Shown here one piece after another: positions 12,477 to 25,809 of a stretch of 64,000 bases of DNA. The DNA comes from Octopus sinensis. Lineage: Eukaryota. Every line of letters starts with the position of its first letter. Positions within the stretch are counted from its first letter, which is position 1. Under the pieces are notes generated by a model. It saw only the letters and a list, made by a program, of their open reading frames with translations, was not told the DNA's origin and searched no databases. Both the position numbers and the translations under genes were made by a program. The stretch lies in contig NW_021833426.1 in the NCBI RefSeq assembly GCF_006345805.1, positions 1-64,000 on the forward strand, written 5' to 3'.

Positions 12477-12860
12477 TAGTGGCTGTGTGGTAAGTAGCTT
12501 GCTTACCAACCACATGGTTCCGGGTTCAGTCCCACTGCGTGGCATCTTGGGCAAGTGTCTTCTGCTATAGCCCCGGGCCGACCAACGCCTTATGAGTGGA
12601 TTTGGTAGACGGAAACTGAAAGAAGCCTGTCGTGTATATGTATGTGTTGTGTTTGTGTGTCTGTGTTTGTCCCCCTAGCATTGCTTGACAACCGATGCTG
12701 GTATGTTTACGTCCCCGTCACCTAGCGGTTCGGCAATAGAGACCGATAGAATAAGTACTGGGCTTACAAAGAATAAGCCCAGGGGTCGAGTTGCTCGACT
12801 AAAGCCGGTGCTCCAGCATGGCCGCAGTCAAATGACTGAAACAAGTAAAAGATAAAAGAG
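12477..12860 (+). mobile_element. SINE group K, full length
   Basis: gtggctgtgtggtaagtagcttgc A-box, gggttcagtcc B-box, central (TG)n, tail ggtgctccagcatggccgcagtcaaatgactgaaacaagtaaaaga. Confidence 0.92.
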
Positions 12861-14602
12861 AAAATATATATATATCTTATGAGGTTTTTCACGGTAACTA
12901 CTTGATAAATTCTTATAAGATTTTATCCTATTTGTCATTATATATATATATATATATATATAATGTTGCTATTGTTTTGTTGGAGCTCTGGCTCAATACA
13001 GTAGGCTGTATAGTAGACCAAATTATCAAAAACGTTCTAGTCATTCAGGTATAGTGTATCTAGAACTACATAATCTAAAGTGTCCCTTTTTAAGACAATA
13101 AGGTGAGATTTGGCTTTTATCTCTAGCAAGTCAAGTGACTATGTCGATTGACTCCTTGTTTGTGCACCGGAGATTCTTGTTCCTTTGATGTGATCAATTA
13201 ATTGGCGTTCTGACCCCAAGCATCTTTGGAAAATTAATTGGCATTCTAATGTTTGTTTCTGTAGTCATATATAAGTTGTGAAGAATCTACCCGAATTGAT
13301 CTGAGAGCTTTAATCTCTTTCATGAATCCTGTTTTAGAAAAGGGGAAATTATTGCAAGCCATCCAATCAGGACGTTTACAGGATATTATTTTCGATAATT
13401 AAGACGTTGGAGAGACAGAAATGGTAAAGAAAAATGAGGGGAAAAAAAAGAATGATTAATATCATTAGAGTCGAAGAGTTGCAGAAACGGTAAAATTACG
13501 GGTTAAACAGTACGAGGTATTTAGTTATGCAATGTTTATGTTCGTAGTTCGAATCTCACAGATGTCTATCACGGATATGTTCTGGGGTCGATAAAATAAG
13601 TAGTTTTATCGTGATGAAGTGATCGGCGGCATTTCTTATTTCCAAGCTGTGGCTTTATACCAAAATTAGTGCTTGCTTCCCGACCATGTGGTCTTGGGTT
13701 CAGTCCCACTGCGTAGCACACTGGGCGTATGTCTTATGGCCCCCGAGCGTGACTTGTGAGTGAATTTGTTAGACAGAAATTGAAAGAAGTCCATAGTGTG
13801 TGTGTGTAAATTAAGGAAATGATTCAACCGCCAAGCAATCACGTCTATTTAGTCGTGAAGATGTATCACAGAACAAACAGTTAAGGCTGTAAAGAAAAGA
13901 AAAAAGAACGCAGGGGGAGCACTGTGAAATGTACGACTGATTCGTTAACTTCCACTATTAATGTTCCATCGCTGGCTGATCATCAGGCAAGCATGAAGGA
14001 ATCCAACCTTTTCAACGAATGGACATCGCCAATCACCACACTAGAGTGAGTGAGAGAGAGAGAAAGAGAGAAAGATTCGGACAGACACAGAAACGCATAT
14101 ACAATCATGCAAATACACACACAGATGCGTGCATGCACGTATACTCAGATGTATACATGCGCAAAGAGGGGCGCATGTAGATGCATACAAACGCTCACTA
14201 ATCAGAAGAAAATGTTCATAAGTGACTCAAAGTTAAGAGATCCTTATATGCACTTAACAATTGGATTGTGTGTGTGTGTAAAAAGCGGCCGACCTAGTAC
14301 TTAGAGGTTTTTTGCACTCGCACTCTGAAGATCGTGGGTTTTGATTCCCAGACCTAGCGGATCGTTGCGTCCTTGAGCGAAACAAAACTCCATTTCGTGT
14401 TCTCTCCGAACACGTCGACATCTAACGCGTGACGCACCTTGATGGAAGGAGTGAACTAATGTGGAGCGCAGACATTTGACTACTATGAAGAAATCATCTG
14501 CGTAGGTTGTTCAACAAAAAGTTGCAGACGCTTCATCTGTCATCCACGCTAGGATAGTCTACCATACTTATATATTATGTGTGTGTATGTGTGTATACTC
14601 TC

Positions 14603-14796
14603 TCTTTTACATGTTTCAGTCATTTGACTGTGGCCATGCTGGAGCACCGCCTTTAGTCGAGCAAATCGACCCCAGGACTTATTTGTTGTAAGCCTAGTAC
14701 TTATTCTATCGATGTCTTTTACCGAGCTGCTAAGTTACGAGGACGTAAACACACCAGCATCGGTTGTCAAGCGATGTTGGGGGTGACAAACGCACA

Positions 14797-14895
<99 letters not shown>

Positions 14896-14980
14896 ATATA
14901 TATACACATACATACATACATACATACACATATATACGACGGGCTTCTTTCAGTTTCCGTCTACGAAATCCACTCACAAG
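14603..14980 (-). mobile_element. SINE group K lacking head, with expanded internal microsatellite
   Basis: Reverse complement of family tail and body. Confidence 0.88.
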
Positions 14981-15705
14981 GAATTAGTGGAAACAACTAA
15001 AAGGAAATGTGTAGAAAATAAATCAGTGAGTTGAAACTATAAAGTATCAAAGCGTATTTTAACATAAAGTGTAGTGAGATCAAATTGTGTAATGGTTGGT
15101 TAAGATTAATGAGAGAAATTGACGAATGAGTGAGTGGTTATATATTGATGCATTTGATTGGGGGATATTGTATTTTAGGAGACTCTGTTCGAGGCTGCCG
15201 TAATTGAGGTAATGCTGAAATTTCTTTAATTTAATTGAAAGTTTTATGAGAAATACGTCAATAGCGTTACTGAAAATTTATTCGCAGAATGGGTAGGGGA
15301 GAGAATTCTGGAAATTACGAAGAAGCAAAGTTTAACGTGAATGGAACCAAGGTGGGAGAAAGCAAGTTAGCCTGAGCTTCGGCAGTCATAAGGAAAACTC
15401 CAGGCACGTTTCAATCTTATGGGATCACTTCAGCAAAGTACCAAGATTATAAAAATTTCAGAAAAACCAATGGTAATTACTGAGAACATCCATTGAATCT
15501 GCAGTTTAAAATAATGACATTGGAAATTACATTACACACACACACACACACGCGTATTAACCTTTTGCTTACGCGTGCACATAGATACATGCGCATATAG
15601 ATGCACGCACACGTAGATGCGCGCGCACATACATGCGTACATACATACGCAGGCACACACATACATACATGCGCGTATACACGCATGCATGCAGACATGC
15701 GCGTG

Positions 15706-15757
<52 letters not shown>

Positions 15758-16176
15758 CACATCCCCCACTCAGACATACGCACACGAATGCGCGCACACA
15801 CACATGGACACACACATGTATACACACACACACACGCTTGCGCGCACACACATACGCTTACGCACGCATATACATACACGAATACCCCAACTTCGTACAA
15901 ATGCGTGACAAAACATACATATATACATACATATCAGTTGTTAGAAAAATGCTTATGTAGCATCCGATAAGCTGTGGCCAGTTAACGCACTGGCCACAAA
16001 TCCACTCAGTCGGCGGAACAATAAAAGTATGAAAGACTTTTCTAACATTCAACTAGCACCACTTAATGCTCTTCTTACACAAATTCGAGCGATGGGGTTT
16101 CGTTTCATTGTTAAAAACCAGCCCCTTTTCTAGGTAGAATCTCAAGAATTGACAAAGATATCCTTAAATGCATGTA

Positions 16177-16693
16177 ACGTAAATCCTCGAGTATAGTCCG
16201 CCCTTGAGTATAATACGCAGGGGAATTTTAGGGGGCTGTACTTCTGTGAAACCTAAACCTTGAGTATAATACGCACCCCTTCTCTAACTTTAGTCGTGCG
16301 TAATTAAGCCAGCAGTCGAACAAACACTTCCGCGCATGCGTAATACAATAATGGTGATGTTCTTAATTGTTATAGGGGAATGTAAATATGTTTGCAAATT
16401 GTGTTTGTTACATGTTAATCTGTGTTCTGAATACTTTTATTTTAATAAATATGTTGCTTACTGCAAGTTATGGATGATTCTTTTATGACTTCATTGCTTT
16501 CAGGCTTAGCTTAGGGTATTTTCGCGCCCGACATCACAAAATGCGTCTGAATAAACATTGCCGAACAGCAAATAGAGACTCGGACATTGCTTAGAAAATA
16601 ATTTTCATTTTTAACCTCGTATATAGTACGCACTAGGGATTTTGACTTTTAAATTTTGGGGAAAAAATGCGGATTATGCTCGAGGATTTGCGG
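16177..16693. mobile_element. Tc1/mariner-superfamily (Tc2/pogo-like) MITE
   Basis: TIR cgtaaatcctcgagtatagtccgc / gcggattatgctcgaggatttgcgg; TA flanks at 16175-16176 and 16694-16695; internal repeats gagtataatacgca. Confidence 0.8.
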
Positions 16694-17509
16694 TATAACA
16701 TGCATTATATACATGCATACAGCATGCATACATATGTATTACGTACCGACATATATTTATTACAATACATACATATATAGATTACATACATGCATACATT
16801 ATTCATACGTGTATGCATACATCCATACGTGTATACAGATATTACTTGTTACTTGTATGCATACATCCATGCATACATCCATGCATACACGCATCCAGAC
16901 GTACATTCATGCATGCATACACGCATGCATACATTACATACGTACGTGCATACATGCATACATTTATTCTTACATACATTAAATGCATACATTACAATAC
17001 ATGCATGCATACACGCATACATTTATACACGCATACATTCGTACGTGCATACGCACATTCATACCTGCATGCAAGCATACCTAAACGTACACACACACGA
17101 TGAAGGAATGGTAGAGTGGAGCACTGCTAGAGCGGTGATCGGTCCCTGGTTCTGTGTAGCGGAAAACAGTCGATACTGCTCTCAGTGACACACTGAGTGA
17201 TGCGAGGACAGACGTACCAAGACTTATGACGTCACCGTTTTGGAAATAATTTCGTTTACGTCATACTTCATACTGTGACTACATCAACTGGGTTTGCCGT
17301 CGTTTAGCTGCTGTTAGCGTTGTTGGCGGTGGCGTTGGTGGCGGCGGCGGCGGCGCTAGCGGTGGTGGTGGTGGTGGACGTCGTGTTGCGAGCAGGTGAT
17401 GTAGTAAGTGTGACGGTGGTGCTCACCTTGGTCAGCTACAGGTAGGTTGTCGCTTATCGAGCAGACGTTGAATAGAAGACAGCCCAACCATTACCACTAC
17501 GTCGTTTCA

Positions 17510-18578
17510 GATTTATGCCTGGGACTACAATTACACAATCCCTTTTATTTTGGGAGAAGTCTGTTTGTGGCTGCGATTTCTTGTGGCTGCTATTTCTAGC
17601 AGGTCGAGAGACCATGTATAGACACCCACTGATTTATGCCTGGGACTACATTACACAGTCCCTTTTATTTTTGGAGAAGTCTGTTTGTGGCTGCTATTTC
17701 TAGCAGATTTAGAAACCATATATAGACACCCACTGATTTATTCCTGGGGCTACATTACACAGTCCATTTTATTTTTGGAGAAGAAAAGTTTTTATTTTTG
17801 GCTGCTATTTCTAGCAGATCGAGAAACCATGTATAAACACCCACTGATTTATGCCTGGGACTTCATTACACAGTCCCTTTTATTTTTGGAGAAGGAAAGT
17901 CGTGGCTGCTATTTCTAGCAGATCGAGAAACCATGTATAGACACCCACTGATTTATGCCTGGGACTACATTACACAGTCCCTTTTATTTTTGGAGAAGTC
18001 TGTTTGTGGCTGCTATTTCTAGCAGATCAAGAAACCATGTATAGACACCCACTGATTTATGCCTGGGACTACATTACACAGTCCCTTTTATTTTTGGAGA
18101 AGGAAAGTCTGTTTGTGGCTGCTATTTCTAGCAGATCGAGATACCATGTATAGACACCTATTGATTTATGCCTGGGACTATGTTACACAGTCCCTTTATT
18201 TTTGGAGAAGTCTGTATATGGCTGCTATTTCTAGCAGATCGAGAAACCATGTCTAGACACCCACTGATCTATGCCTGGGGCTACATTACACAGTCCCTTT
18301 TATTTTTGGAGAAGGAACGTCTGTTTGTGGCTGCTGTTTCCAGCAGATCGAGAAACCATGTATAGACACCCACTGATTTATGCCTGGGACTACATTACAC
18401 AGTCCCTTTTATTTTTGGAGAAGTCTGTTCGTAGCTGCTATTTCTAGCAGATCGAGAAACCATGTCTAGACACCCACTGATTTATGCCTGGGGCTACATT
18501 ACACAGTCCCTTTTATTTTTGGAGAAGTCTGTTCGTGGCTGCTATTTCTAGCAGATCGAGGCACCATGTATAGACACC
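17510..18578. repeat. Minisatellite, 10 units of about 103-121 bp
   Basis: Unit starts at 17510, 17631, 17735, 17846, 17950, 18054, 18163, 18266, 18375, 18479. Confidence 0.95.
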
Positions 18579-19003
18579 TGCTGAACGCTGTCGGTACAAT
18601 GGTGGTTGAGGCGGCGGGGGTGGTGGTGGTGGTGGTGGTATTTCTGACATTGGTAATCAGCATGGTATGGTTATAGCGGAGGTAGCAATAGTATGGTGGC
18701 GCAGCGGCGGTGGCGATGGCATGGGGGGATTGCGACTGTGGTGATGTCATGGTGTTTGCGGCTACGACGATGATATGGTGACTGCTACGGTTGCGATGGT
18801 ATGGCGACTGCGTTGGAGGTGATGGTATAGTTTTGTCATTGACTGCAGTTTTAGTGAAATATGAGAGAGGAAGAGAGCACAATAGTAAAGATGGTTGTAT
18901 ATGAATGGTATTGGATATTGCTGTAGTTAGTTATAGTTGTAGCTGTCGATTTTATTCTGTGCTTCATAGAATACAGATACATAAGCGTGCAAACATTTAT
19001 ACA

Positions 19004-19034
19004 AATAATAATAATAATAATAATAATGATATTG

Positions 19035-19076
<42 letters not shown>

Positions 19077-19099
19077 TAATAATAATAATAATAATAATA

Positions 19100-19140
<41 letters not shown>

Positions 19141-19182
19141 TTATAATAATAATAATAATAATATAATAATAATAATAATAAT

Positions 19183-19220
<38 letters not shown>
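19004..19220. repeat. (AAT)n microsatellite
   Basis: Direct reading. Confidence 0.98.
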
Positions 19221-19222
<2 letters not shown>

Positions 19223-19758
19223 GCCCTGATGCAGTACCAGGCAGTGGTTCTCATGGCTTCTGATCTTAACTGATTGGAAGTGTTATCAGGTACATTGTTT
19301 TGTCTTGGTATAAAAGATGGGCTACAGCAAATATTCTGCTCAATACCACAGATTTGCTTGTCAGTTGTTTGACCTTAACCAGTTGAGCATGGCCCTTAGT
19401 GGCTGACGATATGTGCATCTCTGATCACGAGCAGAAGTAGTGGGGGAGCATCATAGCCATGTATTGAGAGGGATTCTTTGGGGTTTGAATGATTCACCTC
19501 TGGAAACATGGGTGGTTCTTTCAACATCCTTAAACAGCCCTTATTCAGGGACCGTTTGAGCGGGATGGGCTACTCGACCAGAAGAAAATTCTAACTGGGC
19601 CCCACCTGCAAGGTCATGTGCTGTTTATCTTGATATGAGATCACCATGTCGCGCACATGTGGTTGTGATGCTTGTGCCTGATGTATCTGATGGGTATACA
19701 GGGCTTCGTATATTTGTACCCCAGTGTCACTTTGATGGCATGCACTGCTCTCTCACTC
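19221..19758 (+). mobile_element. Non-coding insert embedded in (AAT)n, probably a non-LTR retrotransposon 3' UTR (R4/Dong-like)
   Basis: About 540 bp of higher-GC sequence flanked on both sides by (AAT)n; Dong elements are known to target TAA repeats; family and strand are inferred. Confidence 0.45.
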
Positions 19759-19778
19759 AATAATAATAATAATAATAA

Positions 19779-19989
19779 TTTTCAAATTTTTCCACAAGGG
19801 CAACCATTTTGGGGGAGGGGATACATCGATTACATGGACCCAGTATTCAACTGGTATCTATCTTTTCGACTTCAAAGGGACGAAAGGCAATCTCGACCTC
19901 GGCGAAATTCAAACTCGGAACGGAGCGAAGGGCGAAATACTGCTAAGCATTTCGTTCACCGCGCTATCGATTCTGCCAACTAACCGTCT

Positions 19990-20024
<35 letters not shown>

Positions 20025-20225
20025 CCTTTTTAGTATAGGCACAAGGCCTGAAATTTGGCGGGGGACTAGTCGATCAAATCGACCCCTGTGTTTCACTGGG
20101 ACTTAATTTATCGACTCCGAAAGGATGAAAGACAAAGTCGACCTCAGCTGGATTTGAATTCAGAACGTAACGGCTGATGAAATACTGTTGAGGATTTCGC
20201 TCGGCGTGCTAACAACCCTGCCAGC
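19779..20225 (-). mobile_element. Two older SINE group N copies with (AAT)n spacer
   Basis: Degenerate family motifs. Confidence 0.8.
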
Positions 20226-20260
20226 ACGCATGATAATACAAAAATGAGCACTCCTGCTTA

Positions 20261-20485
20261 CATAACCCAGAGCCAGTCGCTGGAGGTAAAAACGTCACTA
20301 TCCTCAGGGATTTTCCAGTCAACACTGACAGAACGATCCAGGTTAATCGACCAGACATAGTTATTAAAGACTTGGAGGAAAACACTTATAGAGTAATAGA
20401 TGCAAGGGTTCCCACTGATTAAAATATATCTGTAAAGGAATTTGTCAAGTTAAGTAAATATAAGGACCTAGAAATTGATAGAGAC
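20261..20485 (+). mobile_element. R4/Dong-clade LINE fragment, restriction-like endonuclease domain
   Basis: Translates HNPEPVAGGKNVTILRDFPVNTDRTIQVNRPDIVIKDLEENTYRVIDARVPTD*NISVKEFVKLSKYKDLEI, with RPD...ID..VP...KE..K..KY motif and one stop. Confidence 0.88.
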
Positions 20486-20742
20486 AAAAATACGAAAATT
20501 TCATTGGGTTACGGAAAGTATAACATGGAGTATGAAAACTCGTTTATAAATTATGAAAGGAGATGTTAGATATGAAAGAAGGCGACGTAAATTGAATCTT
20601 AGAGGCAGACACATGCAAACTCTTAAACACGCTTACACATAGCACACATACGTACACACACACGCATGCATACTCACACACGCGTGCATACATACACGAG
20701 TGCATACACACATGCATACACATGTATATATGGCACGACAAG

Positions 20743-20786
<44 letters not shown>

Positions 20787-21051
20787 TGGCCGTGCCCTTG
20801 CATGGCTAAATCTTAGAGGCAGACACATGCACATTTTTATATACGCTTACACATAACACACATACGTACACACACGCATGCATACACACACACGCATGCA
20901 TTCAGACACACGCGTGCATACTCACCCGCATGCATGCACACACGCGTGTATACTCACATGCGTGCATACATACACACACGCGTGCATACATACATATACA
21001 CACGCATACACATGCATGTATATACGGCACAAGTATATATATATATGTATA

Positions 21052-21241
21052 GGGAGAGTTTACGAAAAAACAAAAGACAAAGACAGGTGGTGTAGAAAAC
21101 AAACAGATGTATTAGTATCACACTCAGGAATAGAAAAAGTCTTTTACGTTTCGAGCCTACACTCTTCTACAGATAGGGACACAGAAAAAAACAAGGAGAG
21201 AAAAAAGATATGTGTAGTGGCTAACGATCTATCATGGCGAC
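21052..21241 (-). mobile_element. Short Penelope-pLTR-like element with minimal hammerhead motif (family A)
   Basis: Minus strand ctgtaga-agagtgtaggctc-gaaac-gta-aaag at 21141-21172; flanked by (TA)n; homologues at 29060 and 34692. Confidence 0.75.
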
Positions 21242-21272
<31 letters not shown>

Positions 21273-21329
21273 ACTGGCCGTGTTCTAGTATGGCCACAGC
21301 CTTAGGGATGAAACGTATAAAAGAAAAGC

Positions 21330-22370
21330 AACTACCTTTAATCAATTATGACTTAAAATGTCAGTAGCAACTAATCTCTCTAGTTGATTACTTAGATATT
21401 ACCCTAAATTTAAACTTCTCCTCATATAAACCTTTCCATAAGCCTAATGGGAAACTTGCATATATATACATAAACTGTCTTGTCCCCTTCCTGTAATATT
21501 TAAAAACCTGGTAGCTAATATTAGTATCTAACCTCTCTTCTTCCAAAGAAATTTTCGAGAAAGTTGCTCCCTATTATAACAAGGTCCTTATCAATAGTGG
21601 CTTCAAAGATAAATTAATATATAATCCCTCTAATAATAATCAAAATATTAAAAGTAGATCTAGTGCCATCAAAGATAATGTAGTACATAACCACTCTAGT
21701 ATTAATCAGGATAATAAGAAACCTAAAATTAGGCCCAGGAAAATTATTTGGTTCGCCCCACCTTTTCCCTTAATATAAAAACTAAAATTAGTAAAAGATT
21801 CCTGTCTGTCTTAGGCAAACACTTTCCACCCATTCACAGATACAGGAAAATATTTAATAGGCGTTCTGTGAAATTATCATATAGTTGCTGCCCCAATATG
21901 AAAAGTATCATTACACGTGGTCAGTACCAAGAACCTGAATCCAGTTGCGACTGTCGCAACCTAGGATCCTGTTCACTTGACCATCGATGTATGACTAAAT
22001 CTATCATACATGTGGCAGAAGTTACTGCAACCCTAAATAAGAATACAGTTGATACGAAGACCTATATTGGATGAGGTAAAGGTGAACTTTAAAAATCGCC
22101 ATGCCAATTACATAGCCTCCTTCCGAAATAGGGACATGAATAAAGCTACCAAGTTGGCTAGCTACGTATGTACTTTGAAAAATAACCAAACACTGCATGT
22201 GATTAAATGGAAAGTAATTGAGAAATCTATACCTTATGTGAATGGATCGAATAAATGTAAACTTTGTTTTGTTGAAACAGCGCAGATCCTGTTCAGATCT
22301 ATGATCCCTAAATCTATATTGAACTCCAGGTCAGAAATTTTCAGTGGTTGCAATACAATAAAGAATAACT
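21330..22370 (+). mobile_element. Decayed Penelope-like retroelement (Naiad-type): RT C-terminus plus GIY-YIG endonuclease
   Basis: YLDITLNLNFSSYKPFHKPN...WFAPPFS..IKT.ISKRFL..LGKHFP..H...KIFNR..VKLSYSC.PNMKSII...CDCRNLGSC (CxCx5C)...YIG..FKNRH..SF...T.LA...C.LC..E...LNSRSE; several frameshifts and stops. Confidence 0.9.
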
Positions 22371-23466
22371 AAAAGCTATAACTTGAAGAAATAAGATATG
22401 AAAGATTTCCTAGTTAGGTTAAGTTGCATGCTCAACGTCCCTGTTCGCTTAATCATTTGCGAAATTTTGTTTGGGTGCAACCAAATGCACCTCTAAGCAT
22501 TTTTCGAAACATTTGATGCTAGAAAATACCAACATCTTCATAGTATACTCCTTTAAATTTGATATAATGCCTTAATAGAAATTTATCTTTTGCATGGTTA
22601 TATATTCTTATCCTAGTTGTGGTGTTGTTCTTAACTTCCTAGGAGAGTCTGTGACACTAGAGGTGTGTAATTTTGTCTATTAATACTCTTTTACTTGTTT
22701 CAGTCATTCAACTGTGGTCATGCTGGAGCACCGCCCTTAATATTTGTTTTTCTAAAATAAATATCTGTTCTTCTTCGTTGTCTCCAATTTTTATGTTATT
22801 TTCCTGAAGTGGCGTTTAGAAGACACTTACATTATTTATATTGAGTCTTTTTTTGTGCTTCCAACTCGCCGAACGTTTGATAGTTTTCATCCGCAATTAT
22901 TATTTCTTGGTCATCGCGCAATGAAAGTGTGGTACTACAAGTGTGGTACTGTTACCTATTTGTGATAATGAACCTAAAGACATTTCCTTTGCTGTCACCA
23001 AGGTCTTTGCTTTGGAAACTAGAGTTTCTCGTTCATTTTCTTGCTACTGCTGATTTTCATAATTTTTTCTCTTCCGCTGTTTTCACTTAGTCAACCCAGG
23101 TCTGGGAATTCACTCAGCATCCTACTCTGCATCGTTAAGTGCCATAATTCTTCCTTTTCCAACAGAGATCATTTCACCCGATGTCCTGGAGTGTTTGTTC
23201 TATATGCTGACGTGTGGGAACATTGAATCCGCTTTCGTCTTTTTTTTTTCAGGAGAGATATATCACATTTATCTCATCGCTCTCTCTCGTGTAGCTAAGT
23301 ATTGTTGCTGGGTTTTATAAAATTCTCGCATGTACAGTTTTACCTGTAGTTTTACCTGTAGTTTACCTGTAGTTAAAAAACGTCAATCTGTTCATTTACT
23401 GCTAAAGGAAGGTTTGTTTTACACGGCTGTTATATGAAGGGGGTCGTAGTATTTGGAATTAAGTCA

Positions 23467-23857
23467 AGAGTGGCTGTGTGGTAAGTAGCTTGTTTACCAA
23501 CCACATGGTTACGGGTTCAGTCCCACTGCGTGGCACCTTGGGCAAGTGTCTTCTACTATAGCCTCGGGCCGACCAAAGCCTTGTGAGTGGATTTGGTAGA
23601 CGGAAACTGAAAGAAGCCCGTCGTATATATGTATGTATATATATGCGTGTGTGTGTTTGTGTGTCTGTGTTTGTTCCCCTAGCATTGCTTGACAACCGAT
23701 GCTGGTGTGTTTATGTCCCCGTTACTTAGCGGTTCGGCAAAAGAGACCGATAGAATAAGTACTGGGCTTACAAAAGAATAAGTCCCGGGGTCGATTTGCT
23801 CGATTAAAGGCGGTGCTCCAGCATGGCCGCAGTCAAATGACTGAAACAAGTAAAGAG
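23467..23857 (+). mobile_element. SINE group K, full length
   Basis: Matches 12477-12860. Confidence 0.92.
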
Positions 23858-24289
23858 TTGTTAGTATTTTGTTTTACTAATTACTTGAGTATTTGGTTCA
23901 TTTTCTTCTATCAATTGGTCACTACACTACTAATGCTATCCTTTCTTTTGTACATTTTTTTGTGAGTTTTGATTTTGTATTTGTTTTTTTGTTTTTTTTA
24001 ACCATTGTCGTGTTTTGTTACATGGCGTTATTGTGTGTGGTAGACATTTTCGATGTAAGTGAAATTTTTAAAGTTTATTAAACAAACCGTTTCTTTTTTT
24101 TTTTTTATCTATAAATGTCTCCTGCTGGGTATCGAGGGTAGCCTCCTCCTTAGACAATTATAATTCTTTTTACAAGTACCTCTAAGAAAATTCAATTTGG
24201 TGATCCCTAAAATAAAATGTGTTTTGAAGAGAGAGGTAAAACGACGTCTACGTACAATGAATCAATAATAATAATAATAATAATACTAT

Positions 24290-24787
24290 TGGCTTCAAAT
24301 TTTGGCACAAGGCAGCAATTTCGTGGGAGCGGATAGATCGATTATATCGACGCCAGTGCTCAGATGGTACTTATTTTATCGACCCCGAAAGGATGAAAGG
24401 AAAAGTTGACCTCGGCAGAATTTGAACTCAGAACATAAAGACGGACGAAATAGCGCTAAACATTTTGCCCGGTGTGCTAACGATTCTGCCAGCTCGCCGC
24501 CTTATTCGATAATAATAATAAGAATAATATTGGTTTCAAATTTTGGCACAAGGCCAGCAAATTCGGAGGAGAGGTAGGCAGTTCAGAGGAGGGGTAGGCA
24601 GTTTAGAGGGGAGGGGGTAAATCTATTGCATCAACCCAGGTATTTGACTGGTACCGTATTTTATCGACTCTGGAGGCGGGGGTGAAAGGTAAAGTTGACC
24701 TCGGCTGAAATTGAACTCAGTACGTAAGATGCCGGAACAAATGTCGCAAAGTATTTTTCCGACGCGCTAATGATTCAGCCAGCTCGT
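24290..24787 (-). mobile_element. Two older SINE group N copies
   Basis: ttcaaattttggcacaagg tail variant and family body. Confidence 0.82.
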
Positions 24788-25307
24788 TGACTGGGACTTC
24801 GAGTTTTGCGTCAGACACACACACAACATATAATGCATTGTGTGCGGATGGTTAGACGTTGGGTCGTTCGGTGAGCGATACCATCAATATGAAACCCGAG
24901 ACAACTTGTTGCAAGATCAGTCGTTATCAAATAAAGTGACCACCCCACCAGCTTATCTGAGTGGAGAGGGCTGCTAGAAATCCAACAGGACAAAAACAAT
25001 GTCTGCTAAAAAGACAGGTGGATCCAGCATAGTCACCGATTGTCTAACATTGGAGTTGTTTGCTAGAAATTCTGGTCGTCCCGTATTTATTATTTTAATA
25101 GCAGGTCGTGAGAAGAAGATTGTTCCGATAGTAAAAAAGCGGAATGGTTGACATATTACTTAGAAAGATATCTTGCTTTAGTATTTCTTTGGGTGTTTAC
25201 ATATTGACGAATGATATTGTGGTGTGTACAAATTGTTTTCGACTTAAATTTCATGAGTAACTCGTTTTCCCGTCCTGAAAACGAACCACATTCCCCACAA
25301 GAATATG

Positions 25308-25804
25308 TATTTCTTTACTACCCACAAGGGGCTAAACACAGAGTGGACAAACAAGGACAGACAAAGGGATTAAGTTGATTACATCGACCCCAGTGCGTAA
25401 TTGGTACTTTATTTACCGACCCCGAAAGGATGAAAGGCAAAGTCGACCTTGGCGGAATTTGAACTCAGAACGTAACGGCAGACGAAATACGGTTACGCAT
25501 TTCGCCCGTCGTGCTAACGTTTCTGTCAGCTCGCCGCCTTAAAAATATGTAAAATTTTCAGCATATATATATATTTCTTTATTGCCCACAAGGGCCTAAA
25601 CACAGAGGGGACAAACAAGAGCAGACAAACGGTTTAAGTCGATTATATCGACCCCAGTGCGTAACTGGTACTTAATTTATTGCCCCCCGAAAGGATGAAA
25701 GGCAAAGTCGACCTCAGCGGAATTTGAACTCAGAACGTAACGGCAGACGAAATACGGCTACGCATTTCGCCCGGCGTGCTAACGTTTCTGCCAGCTCGCC
25801 GCTT
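25308..25804 (-). mobile_element. Two SINE group N copies bracketed by a 13-bp direct repeat
   Basis: ccccacaagaata at 25293-25305 and 25810-25822. Confidence 0.88.
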
Positions 25805-25809
25805 ATTTC

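Noticed and set aside
17510-18578. CRISPR-like palindromic repeats
   Set aside because: The whole unit is repeated; sequence between hairpins is not unique
22072-22074. In-frame TGA after YIG as selenocysteine (some Naiad PLEs are selenoproteins)
   Set aside because: It coincides with a 1-nt frameshift in a decayed copy, the conserved Cys positions use TGC/TGT, and no SECIS was identified
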